34,887 bases of DNA from Octopus bimaculoides (taxonomy: Eukaryota): positions 17,648,266 through 17,683,152 of the forward strand of contig NC_068999.1 in NCBI RefSeq assembly GCF_001194135.2, in the 5' to 3' direction. The position numbers and the translations under genes were made by a program. Below are positions 22,111-34,200 of the stretch, piece by piece. Below the pieces are notes generated by a model. It was given only the letters and a program-made list of their open reading frames with translations, ran no database searches and was not told where the DNA came from. Numbering within the stretch: position 1 is the stretch's first letter; every line of letters begins with the position of its first letter.

Positions 22111-23251
22111 AAGAAGAAAAAGAAGACACGAAACTATTTGTGTATACGGATAATGCCTGGGTATAGAAACATCCATAATTTTGGAAAGAAAACGGAAGCT
22201 ATTAATATTATATTATTTGCCTTTGGAATGAGTAGAATATGCAGACTACTCTATAAATGCATGAGTTACAAATATGCAGAATTTCTAGTAAATTGCACCG
22301 CAAATCGCTGCGTGTATATTAAGAGGAGTATCCTTGGAGATACGTGCATAACACACGAAAACCAACAAAGCATCACTGTGAACACATACTTGATACAGTA
22401 CACTTAATTATGTAGAAGATCGAAAATAGAAAAGCAGAAAATGTCACAAAAAATACACCGGAGAAACTGGTGTGAGTTAAGTTTTGCATAGAAGGCGTGT
22501 AATAAATAGGCCTCATGAATGATTATATTATAATAATTAAAATCACTCCAATAACCATGTTATCCATGATGTCCCAATTCTTGTTCCAAGAAAGGAACCT
22601 TTTGATGTATTTTTACAAATCATGAATAATAAGATAATAACAATGAACGGAGAGAAAAAACCAAGATCGGGGAGATGGGAGAAGGAGAAGCGTGGAAAAT
22701 AGCGACCGAAATATCGATTCAGAATGCATGCATCTTCTCCAGATTTAGATAATACTTTAAAAAATACACGTTATATATTTGCGCATCTTTCTATGTTTAC
22801 AATAGAAACATTGTGCTGATGTAACTACAAAACTATGTCGTGGATGGCATGTGAATATTGTTGAAATAACTGGAAATAATAGAATAATGATATTCTCAGC
22901 TACAGAGATAGTTATGTATTACACTACGACATATTGTGAACCCGATATAGAGATGAAAGACAACATAACTAGTAATTGTTTTTGTTTCGTTTCATTGATA
23001 TATCATGCGTAATGAACAGATATATTGCAATCTTGGAAAGAAAAATGACACTTTGATAGCAATGTTTCAATACAATGTACTGTTGTTAACATGTGTCACT
23101 GTAGCCCCCACGAAGGATAGATTTGATTCAACCGTGGTATACTCCGTTCTGAAGCATCGTCATACAACGAAGAAGCAAAATCGTACGCGTCGCCTCATCG
23201 CCTTTAAAGAATATCAATGAATAAGCCTAAGCTGTATAAAATACACAAGTA

Positions 23252-23548
23252 TATCTTTTATCTCTTATGTCTTTCAGTCGTTAGAAGAAGGAAGAAATTC
23301 TAATCGGCCCCAGTAGTTTATATTTCTTGTTAAGCCTGGTGTTTAATTGAGCAGTTCTTTTTGCCGAACCGCTAAGTTTCAAAGAGGTAAACACATCAAC
23401 ACTGGTTATCAAGCAGTGGCGAGGGACAAACACAGACACACACATAGTGATATATATATGCATATATATCAATATGTGTGTTACCAAATCAACTGCCAAG
23501 GATTTGGTTGGCCCTATGCTATAGTGGTAGATACTTGCCCAGGGTGTG
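23252..23548 (-). mobile_element. SINE family B, degenerate, head truncated
   Basis: TTTTTGCCGAACCGCTAAGT..AAACACATCAAC..GGGACAAACACAGAC..ACCAAATC..ATACTTGCCCAGGGTG matches 13782-14470. Confidence 0.8.
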
Positions 23549-24008
23549 AAGTGGCAAGCAGATTCTTTAACTTCTTAACTATAAGGTACTGCACGTCTGG
23601 GCAAATATCATCTCAATATTCTAAAGTCTTGCGTCGATGTATTTATGATACTTTGGGCAACTTTTCATAGCCTCCAGATATATTCATCCTTAAATTTTTG
23701 TAATTCCCATAGAGAGGTTTGTTCTAAGGCTGGTTGCCTGGCTCAATCTGTGAGTGAATGAAGTAGAAAGAATAGAGGACAGAGAGGATTAAATGCCTTT
23801 CTATCATTTAATTTTATTTCCATGCCATTCCAGGATGCTCATTAGGCTTTGTATAATTTTCTTTTACCAGAATTCAGAAAACGAATGTATGATATATTGA
23901 AGGCTGCTTTTCTAAAGAGCCAGCTCCTATCAAGCTGGATTAAAATATGTCACCTCAACAGTGGCTCGTTTTAGATACTTCTAATATTTAACAATATGTA
24001 ACATGTTT

Positions 24009-24211
24009 AAGGTGGCGAGCTGGCAGAATGATTACCACGCCGGGAAAAATATTGAGTGACTTCTATTCCGTTCTGAGTTCATATCTCACGGAGGTCAACT
24101 ATGCCTGTTATCCCTTCCGAGTCGATAAAATAAGTACCAGTCAAGTTGAGACCTGAGGTCAATGTAGTAACAACTCCGAAGATACTAGTCTTCTGTCAAA
24201 ATTAGAAACCA
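24009..24211 (+). mobile_element. SINE family A, copy 1 of tandem pair
   Basis: AAGGTGGCGAGCTGGCAGAATG...TTCTGAGTTCATAT...GTCGATAAAATAAGTACCAG...TTAGAAACCAGTATT. Confidence 0.9.
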
Positions 24212-24228
24212 GTATTTGACAAGTATCA

Positions 24229-24428
24229 AAGACAGCGATCTGGCAGAATCGTTAGTATACCGGACAATATACCTAGCGGCATTTAAACCGTTTTAACATT
24301 CTGAGTCAAATTCCGCCGACGTCGACTTTATCTTTTCGGGATAACACAAGTACCAGGTGAACACTGAGATAGTCGTAATCGTCTTACCTTCCCTTCGAAT
24401 ATGCTGGCCTTGTGCCAAAAGATGAAAT
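24229..24428 (+). mobile_element. SINE family A, copy 2 of tandem pair
   Basis: GCGATCTGGCAGAATCGTTAG...TTCTGAGTCAAATTCCGCCGACGTCGACTTT...GCTGGCCTTGTGCCAAAA. Confidence 0.9.
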
Positions 24429-24888
24429 TAATATTTAACTTGTTTACTATGGCTCTCACATAAAATGGTAAAGTTGAGATGATGGTGTTTTGGCAGCTAT
24501 GTTTTGCATTTCGAATGGTCACGTAGACACTTTTCCTTGGTTTCATATCACCGATGTTATTCAGTAAACTGCTTTAATTTTACAGCAATATCACTTTCAG
24601 TATCATCAATGAGAAGAATACATATTAGGTACATGTGTGTGTCTGTTGCATAGTTGAGTAATTAAATGTTATCGATCTCAGCAGATTTCCTCTACGAAAT
24701 TATGTTCATCTATTCATGCATGTATCTCTAACTTTGTTCCAGCATAAATGCCACATAAAAAGTTTAAGTGTTTTCAAATATAACTGTTAAAAAGTATTAA
24801 TTTTTAGGTTTTATTGGCTTTTATTGTTTCTGTACTTATACAGTAGTATTAGGAGTATTAGTAGCAGTTGGGTGTGAAACCTGCGGGA

Positions 24889-24945
24889 CTACTACTACTA
24901 CTATTACTACTACTACTACTACTAATAATAATAATAATAATAATA

Positions 24946-25004
<59 letters not shown>

Positions 25005-25013
25005 AATAATAAC

Positions 25014-25061
<48 letters not shown>

Positions 25062-25084
25062 GATGATGATGATGAGGATGATGA

Positions 25085-25088
<4 letters not shown>
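24889..25088. repeat. Compound (CTA)(ATA)(GAT)(AAT)(GAT) microsatellite
   Basis: Direct reading. Confidence 0.95.
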
Positions 25089-25714
<626 letters not shown>

Positions 25715-26142
25715 ATGTTTATTGCTATTTATTTCACATTGATGTTATTGACAATAGTTAGATAAAAGGGAAAGCTGACTTTGCAGTAATTGTCCGTTGG
25801 AGGTGGGAAATTATAACCATTTAATCGGTGCAGTAATGCGTCTTCCAAGACTACTCGTTCGTGTATGAATATTACCATTTTTTGTACTGGCACATCACCA
25901 TAAATTTATATGCAGGGAATGAAAAGCGTTGGTATACGGCTCCGGTTGGAGTTAATTAAATCGAGCCTAGAGTGAGATTGATACGATCTATATCTACGAT
26001 TGCATGTTAAAATGCTGATTTGGTGTTAGTGACATTTAAATTTTAAAGTAATATTTCGTAAACAGTCCCATTTTTTTGTTAATATATGTAGTCAAATATA
26101 TAGTATTTCAATTCAAGTCCATTATTATATTATTAGTTATCC

Positions 26143-26180
<38 letters not shown>
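26143..26180. repeat. (AAT)n microsatellite
   Basis: Direct reading. Confidence 0.95.
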
Positions 26181-26181
<1 letters not shown>

Positions 26182-27483
26182 TTAATAAACCTACTCCAAG
26201 CTACCCAAAAATTTGAAATAACAACAACAATAGCAGCAATAATAATGAACGCTGATAAGTTAAAACTAAACTGAGTGCTTGAAATTTATTTTTCTCCTCA
26301 GCAAGACAAGACTCTCCTCGTGTTTCGGTCTTATTAAATCACATCAATGAATAAAGTGAAATCATGTTGTTCATATTAATTATCTAGAAATTAGTATGGC
26401 ATTTTCACGAAGAGAAATCTTAAGTGACATTATAACTTAAAACGCTGGCTGAAGGTCGCCAATTGCACGAAGCCATGTTAACGTAGTAATCTCAGACACA
26501 AATTTGCAGTAAGTAAAAAGCATTGTTTCCTAAAATCATTGTTTCACATACCCCTCTTAAATTACTAACGGTATATGTTTATAGTGAATAAAGAAAGTTG
26601 AACACAAAGAAATTTCAGATGAAGAGCATCTAATTCTTTGCAAATTAGTGGAGAAGCAGGCAGCTGCCAGCCATGTCACAACATCTTTTACTACTCATGT
26701 CATTGTATTATGTATGCCACTATGGTCTTTACTTCTCAAATAGACCAATGTAATTTAATAAAAATAAGTTGCTGAGACTGACTATTTCGTCATAATAAGC
26801 AGTGACAGAAATATTGATTTAGTTATCAAGAGGATGTAACAGACGCATACACATAAATACATTCACTCATCCACATATACACGTAGACGTATCTAATACG
26901 TAATTCTCTCACTGGACATAAACAATGTCAGAATCTTTCTGTAGAACAGTATAGAAAATACAATTACACCAAAACCAGTAACATCTCTGTACCATAAACG
27001 GCCTTGTGTCAATGTAAAAATCATTATTATGATATAAATCTACACTAATATCTATAGACTGTATAATTTTCCTGAATGTCTACTCGTTATTGTCAATGGT
27101 AAACAATAGCAGAGTATAAGAAGTTGTTCTATCTTAGCTTTAGAAAATATCACAGACATCGTTAAAAGAGCCCATATTAATGATTCTCAAAGATTCAGTA
27201 ACGATTATAACCGCAAGATAAGATACTTGTTCTCTCTTTAGTCTTTTATGTCACTACAACAGCATGGTTATCTGCTATAGAAACGTGTTTTTTTTCAGAT
27301 TTTACTTAGTCGTACGTATAGCAACAGTGATCAACATTGCGCCAGTCATTCTGATTAAGTTACACCAGATGTACTACAAAATCTCACGACGGTTGAAGGA
27401 CCCACAGACGTCATTCTCAAAGGCATTACACCTTTCATCGACACACGTGCATTCATATAACTAAGTATATATATGATTATATG

Positions 27484-27540
27484 TGTACGTGTGTGTGTGT
27501 GTGTGTGTGTGTGTTTGTGTGCGCGCGTGCGTGTGCATGC
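27484..27540. repeat. (TG)n with CGCGCG
   Basis: Direct reading. Confidence 0.9.
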
Positions 27541-28697
27541 ATTTATCTGATGAAAAGTATTGGGATTACTACTAGAAGAAGAGAACTATAACACATGCCA
27601 ATCCGGTACTTCATCTCATTCGAAACAACCACTTCTGAAGCCACTCACATTATCTAGCGTCATTTCTACTGATGGAAGCATTCTTGAAATTCCTGTTGGA
27701 ATAGCGAGCAGCTGCTTCATCGCATTTTCTTCAAATTTTCGGCGCCTTGAAATCTTGTTTCTTATAAATGTGATTTGGATTTTGGAATGAGGAAAAAAAC
27801 TCGCTTGGGGTGAGACCTGGAGAAAATGATGATTGTTTAACCTGAAAAATGTTGTGCTTGGCCAAAAAGCGCAATACAAGTTGCGCTGAATGAGCAAGTT
27901 ACCACTTATTGATCGAATGCGATTCGCTTCTTTTTCCAACGAACAGCATCCCACAAACGCAGTTGCACGTCACGCTAATATTCCTTTACCTGAGCAGGTG
28001 GGGCAATCTCATGATGAATAATGACATCGTAGACGAAGAAAACTGCCAACAGATTCCTCACATTAATCCGACTCATTCTCGGAGAGGTTCGCGTTTTGCA
28101 CTGAGAAGATTAAGCCTTGGTGTCGGGATCATAGTCATACATCCACATTTCGTCACCTGTTATGACTCATTTCAAAACTTGTCAGTCACACGTCTCATAC
28201 CCAAATCTCCCGTGAGAATGGATTGAATTGAACCGTAACTAATACTCATATTCCAAGCCAACTCAAGCACAGTGATTCAACGTTCTTTCTGAACACCGGG
28301 ACGAACATCTGCGATGTTCTTCATTCATTCTGCTGGTTGCGTGTCACTCAGAACGAGCGTCGACATTTTTTCGGCCATCATGGAAATGTTTGAACTACTC
28401 CTATACCCGTGTTCGGCTCATTCATTCCTGTCATTATACTTTCTACAACTCAACTTTGCGTAGGTTTCTGCGAAGGCATCACAAAGATTCACTGCTCAAC
28501 TTTATTTCTCTGCCATGGTCATTAATAGAAACTCCAAGGTATGGTGAGACTACCAAGCTCTACACAACTTACTTTCAAGCACCTCTATAACGAACGGAAG
28601 TAATTGAGAACGATATAGTTCAATATGCATGTGAAACAGAGATCAAGGTCAATATGTTACTATACCATGATTTCCGTCATTTTTAATCAGACCTCGT
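27541..28697 (-). mobile_element. Decayed mariner (Tc1/mariner) DNA transposon, ~1.16 kb
   Basis: Right end read inward ACGAGGTCTGATTAAAAATGACGGAAAT versus left TCTGATGAAAAGTATTGGGATT (15/22 match, degenerate TIRs with an ACGAGG-type start); encloses a transposase pseudogene. Confidence 0.85.
27610..28516 (-). pseudogene. Mariner transposase pseudogene
   Basis: Minus-strand segments: MSRTRV*E*FKHFHDGRKNV; ITVLELAWNMSISYGSIQSILTGDLGMRRVTDKF; IITGDEMWMYDYDPDTK (first D of the catalytic triad); SPGLTPSEFF (decayed YSPDLAPSDF); ENAMKQLLAIP; CFE*DEV. Many stops and frameshifts. Confidence 0.9.
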
Positions 28698-29939
28698 CTG
28701 CTCGTGTGTATATTATATATTTATATATATATGGTGAAAATATTTGCTTCAGGCCATCATCTTACATATATAAAAGTCAGATACGCGACGGAAAATATTT
28801 TCTCTGATATAAACAACGGCAGTAATACGAACACGAACGCAACATTTATCACAGGTCAACGCATTCATGAAGTCTTGATTTGGTGCAAGTAAGCAAGAAA
28901 ATCTACGTACTATCGTTGATACTACTTAATATCATTGTTAATAATATTTACGTGGACGCATGTACATTATCTTACGATATATTTTCTTAATAGTGCCAGT
29001 GAATATTTCAATATTACGTATATGATACTGAGACAGGGCGAAAGAAGCATATATATTGGTCATTCGTTTAATAATTCTACGTTCACAGACGTAGAAAAAT
29101 CTATATTTGACTACAAGACATAGTGAAGGATAACGGGTCAATCCATCAGAATAGCGATTAATATTCTTTACTTATTCATAGTGTCCATCACCATGTTATG
29201 GGTTTATTCTAGTTAACCACACTTGTCTAGGTTTACGTTTTGCTCCTTTTTATCTACCATTTAACGAATCAACTAAATTAAATCAATACGCTAGATTTGA
29301 TTAATCTGAATACATTTAAGAAATCTGATTTTATAATAGATGCTAATATATTCATTAATCACAACCAAGTTCAGACAGGATAAAAATGCTTGTTCGTGTT
29401 AGGGCAAATATGTGTGATACGAAACCAGCCGTGCAATGAATGCATGTATGCTATTTAAATGTGTAGTCTATTCGTCAGAGGCAGATGTTATGATGAATGT
29501 AAAGCAGGACTCTTGTGTAATGAAAAAGGAATTAGTAAGCTTTCAGTCGATAGACAAATATTTTATGGATCCGTTCGTGTTTCGTCCTTACCATAAAAAA
29601 ATACAATTATTGTAAATAGAAAGTAAAAAACAACAAAATATTATATATTCAATCACTCAACACAATAGCCTGCCAACAGAACATATAGCCATCCATTTAA
29701 AATGGCCACCAAGAACACCAATATAACAACTATCTGATATTGGATGAATGAAGTAAGTAGCACAGCAGATATTGACATTTCTAGATTCTATTGAGCAAAC
29801 ACGATAGAATGACGGAGAAAAATCAATATCTCGACATACACACATATATATGTGTGAATGCATGTGTGTGTATGCATACATTTACATTACATAATTACAC
29901 ATGCTCAATGTATACACATACGCATATTCGTATACATAC

Positions 29940-30002
29940 ATTTATACATATATACACATATACATCTATATATATATTTATATATGTGTGTGTGTGTATG
30001 TA

Positions 30003-30070
<68 letters not shown>
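29940..30070. repeat. (TA)/(TG)/(CA) compound microsatellite
   Basis: Direct reading. Confidence 0.95.
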
Positions 30071-31469
30071 AATGACATAGCGTATGAAGTTGTCGGGTTG
30101 CACAAGATACGATACACATGGCATCGATATATAACTCTCTCTTCTCTTACTATAATTATATCCGGTGAGTTTTTTGAGCAAATTCAACTATGTATGCCGA
30201 GGAATCTCTTTCATCTTTCGTTACATAAGTCATGCGCACAGATAAATAGTGCCGTATATCAGATAAATTATTGCTTTATATGAGACGCCATTATAGTAAT
30301 GCTATATCCTCATAGAATTTCACTTTCCTTCTTGAACGTAGACATTTAAATATTTACTCAGTCTTGGAGGTTTTAATCACACATGTAATTGTCCCATAGA
30401 CAGGTTAGGTAACAGTTGTTATAACGATAGGAAGGACATGTAAGTAGCTCGGTGTCTAGCTACCGATTGGTGGACAGTAAATTATTTCGAGACACGTCTC
30501 TGTGACAGCATATTCCTCGTAAATACACGCAGTATTTGATCAATATATATGGAAATGGTATTGTTTCCTTTTTATTGTAACTGCATTTACTGTATATCTG
30601 GATATTACGGTTGGAATTATATATAACCCTACCTAGAAAAAGAAAATCAGAAATAAAATATATCAATACAAATCCCAAAAATTATGTTATTCACACGTTT
30701 CATTCTCCGATGTACTATTTAAATGAATATAGTTAAAATCTGTAACATATAGAAACCGAATGAACCTCTAGTAATAGCAATTTTTGTCAAAATATATCCT
30801 GTATTCGGGCAAGAAGAAACGAGGTAACGTGAAATGTCAAAATATATGACCAATAATTCGTAGGTAATATTAACAATCTACTGCATAAGAACTGGGGCTA
30901 TATACATGAATAGCAAGTCTATAATAATTTGCTTCAAAAGCTTCAAACCATTTTATTTATTATGGAACATATGAAGAAAGTAAAGAAAAAATGTAATTCG
31001 ATAACTACGCGATACTCAGCATGCTAATATTATGCAACTCACTAAGATATATTTTATCGTCTTATTCACATGAAATAAACCATTTTTATGATACAGTGTG
31101 AACTGGTTTTAGTGATATACTTTTGTTTTGTTTCAAGTGTTACTGCTTAGGAGGAAATATGTTCATCGTTGGGTGTGTTTTACTCTTTGCAAGAGGAATA
31201 ATGTTATTCCTATCAGATTATTTATTGAGATTTCTTCACGAATGTAATGTGAAAAAAGAACTCCTTAAATCCTTCATAAAAGTGAATATGAGAGTATGAA
31301 AAAGTGTTGCCATTTTGCTCGTTAATCAATAATATGGTGCTGAACTTCAGTATCCCGTATAATAAATACGGATTTTATATATGCACAGATACCAACAATA
31401 ACAGCAAATAACAAAAACAACAACACCAACACTATCATCAACAACAAGGAGAAGAATAATAACGCTGTA

Positions 31470-31918
31470 GTTGAATTCAAGAACATGGAATGTCCATGGA
31501 AAAAACCGAATATTTTGGAAGTAAAGATAGTTTGTTCTGTCTGGAATACAGAAATCTAAGCAGTAAAACCGAATCGTTATAATCGCACAGAAACGAGCCA
31601 TTCCAAAGAATTTCTTAAAGGCAATAATTGATAAAACCAATGAAGGTTGCAAACACAGGATATGTGGGAATAGAAACGACAATATCAACCGTCTATTGAG
31701 TGAATGCAGTAAGCTAGCACAAGAATATAATAAGTTCAGTTATCCCTATGTAGATATTTCAGTACATTTTTAACACAGAGTGTGAAAACAGTTATCAGGT
31801 AAATTGTATGAACACGAATCAGAAGCTGTGATTGAGTTTTATACTGACCATAACTCTTATGATTATCTATGATTATAGAGGTCACAAAAAGACCAAACAT
31901 TGTGGAGAATCAGAAATT
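31470..31918 (+). mobile_element. R4/Dong-clade fragment, highly decayed (zinc-knuckle to endonuclease start)
   Basis: LSSKTESL..IIAQKRAIPKNFLKAIIDKTNEGCKHRICGNRNDNINRLLSECSKLAQEYNK..KLYEHESE..IEVTKRPNIVE aligns to the 21.6-22.0 kb copy; preceded by a decayed (AAC)n tract. Confidence 0.7.
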
Positions 31919-31961
31919 TAGTGTATGCTAAAGGAATTGAAAGAAATAAAGAAATATAAGG

Positions 31962-32133
31962 ACCGAGCAAAATGCTTAGCGGCCATGTTTGCGTTCTGAA
32001 TTCAAATTCTGTCGAGGTCGACTTTGCCCTCGTTTTAGGAATTGATAAAATAAGTGCCAGTTGAACACTGGGGTCGATGTAATCGACTTAGCTCCTCTTC
32101 CGAAGTGGCTGGGCTTGGGTCAAAATGTAAATC
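31962..32133 (+). mobile_element. SINE family A, 5'-truncated
   Basis: AAATGCTTAGCGG...TTCTGAATTCAAATTCTGTCGAGGTCGACTTTGCC...GATAAAATAAGTGCCAGTTGAACACTGGGGTCGATGTAATCGACT. Confidence 0.9.
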
Positions 32134-32149
32134 CATTATTATGATCAAG

Positions 32150-32451
32150 TGAGAGAGCAGCTAATGCCATCAGAGTGACATAGGGGTACGAATAAACGAA
32201 GCCCATCCCGTTCTAAAGGTCCCTAAATATGGGTTGTTTAAGAGCGTTGAAAGAAACAACTGACAAGCAAGTCTGTGGTATTGAGCAGAATTTTTGATAT
32301 TCTAGCCCATCTTATATACCAAGACAAAACAATGTACATGATAACACTTCCAATCAGTTAAGATGAGAAGCCACGGGATTCAGTGCCTGGAACATTGCTT
32401 CATCATCATCATCATCATCATTATCATCACTAGTAGTGGTAGTAGTAGTAA

Positions 32452-32515
<64 letters not shown>

Positions 32516-32531
32516 CAGTATGTCATCAGGG
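32150..32531 (+). mobile_element. Family D repeat with two internal deletions and a microsatellite inside its 3' end
   Basis: GAGAGAGCAGCTAATGCCATCAGAGTGACA...AAAGGTCCCT..GGGTTGTTTAAG...CAACTGACAAGCAAGTCTGTGGTATTGAGCAGAAT...CCAAGACAAAACAATGTACATGATAACACTTCCAATCAGTTAAGAT; terminal CATCAGGG at 32524-32531. Confidence 0.85.
32401..32514. repeat. (CAT)n(TAG)n microsatellite
   Basis: Direct reading. Confidence 0.95.
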
Positions 32532-34044
32532 TCTCAAAACTAGCATTATAAAAAGGACAATGCTGACGGCATAGTATAATGTACAGTTCTTCGAGCACGG
32601 ATAGCATTTACAGTTTTGACAACTGCTTGTCACACCTTGTCGATAGCTGATATACATTACTTCATAAATCAATTATATGGAAGCATATAAAACAGTATAG
32701 ACAAATCGTATACAAACATGTATTTTAGTATATAAAAATATATTTTGAACAAAAAATGAAAAAAATATATAATATAACTGTAAACCAATAATGCCTGAGA
32801 GACACTCTGCTTGATTTTACTCTGCTCTCGATGTTTTGAGTATATGAAAGCGATACATATTTCAGCTTCATTTTACTACGTAATTAAATTATATAAAAAA
32901 GAGATATTTTGATATCTCTTTATTCCTATATCTACACACACAGGTCTATACATATGCAAAAATTATGTCTGTATATCACAAAGACTGATATTACTTCTAA
33001 CTAATCGCCATACTACTTTGCTGGACACAGATGACAACATTGTCAGCAATAGCAGACTTACATCAACATGTATAGACATGAAACATTATATATATATATG
33101 CATGTACATATATANNNNNNNNNNNNNNNNNNNNNNNNNNNNNNNNNNNNNNNNNNNNNNNNNNNNNNNNNNNNNNNNNNNNNNNNNNNNNNNNNNNNNN
33201 NNNNNNNNNNNNNNNNNNNNNNNNNNNNNNNNNNNNNNNNNNNNNNNNNNNNNNNNNNNNNNNNNNNNNNNNNNNNNNNNNNNNNNNNNNNNNNNNNNNN
33301 NNNNNNNNNNNNNTATATATATATATATATGAAGGCAGAAAATGATAATTTATAAGATTCTCTACGGAGGAATTTGCATATTTATATAATGTATAGGGAT
33401 GCAGGAGTTTGTCGTGACATGAGATTTTCAGCAGTATAAACTTTTCGGTCGGGATGAAAAATGTACAGTTTGCATATTTTCTGTGCTAGTTCACTGGTCT
33501 ATACTGCTATCTCTGAAATAAATTTGTTTTCAGAGTCGAGAGTTATATGAAAATGAAACNNNNNNNNNNAAAAAAAAAAAAAAAAAACGAAAACTGAAAA
33601 TGTTACAGCCTGTGAAGAATAAATGAATATTGCATGTTGTTCAATTCTCAGCTGTATCGATTTAGATGAACGACTTAATTGGTTGATGTTTGGATGAGAT
33701 GCATGGCTGGGACACTCAACGTATTGTAAGTTATCCCTTGATCGGTGATACTTCAAATGGAATGACAAAGGTCATATACTCAACAATAATGCTATAACAA
33801 ATATTTATTCTGGTATCCATGCGTGTTATTATGCATTTCTCTAATTTTATTTATAATTTTAACTGCATACAAGTATTTACTTCTGTCTCATTAACTCCTC
33901 TGTTAAATCCAAGCACGTGCTGTTTAGAATAATACATGCCACACTCGCGCGCGCAAACACAGATACATATGACAGACTCACACACACATATGTATGCGTA
34001 TACACACACACACACATATACATATACCACATATGTGGGAAATT

Positions 34045-34200
34045 GTGTCCGTACGTGTGTTTGTGGAGTTGTTCGCTAAATCCTCCTACATCGTTTTCTC
34101 GATTTTGATGAAACTTGACGCATGAGTAGAGCTCATATCTGGAAGCCTTATGGAATACACACGTTGTGGAAAAACAGATATTAGGACCTCTGGAAGGTAT
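34045..34200 (+). mobile_element. Possible non-autonomous Helitron/Helentron-type repeat fragment
   Basis: GTGTGTTTGT..GCTAAATCCTCCTAC..CGATTTTGATGAAACTTG resembles the CCGATTTTGATGAAA motif I recall from DINE-1/HINE-like invertebrate repeats. No termini identified. Confidence 0.3.

Noticed and set aside
26629-26755. DEEHLILCKLVEKQAAA resembling dystrobrevin/dystrophin DEEH motif
   Set aside because: The match is limited to four or five residues, the donor is weak and no other exons of such a gene were found.
33654-33725. Exon defined by TTCTCAG| and ATT|GTAAGT
   Set aside because: All three frames contain stops; it could only be a UTR exon, which cannot be supported from sequence alone.
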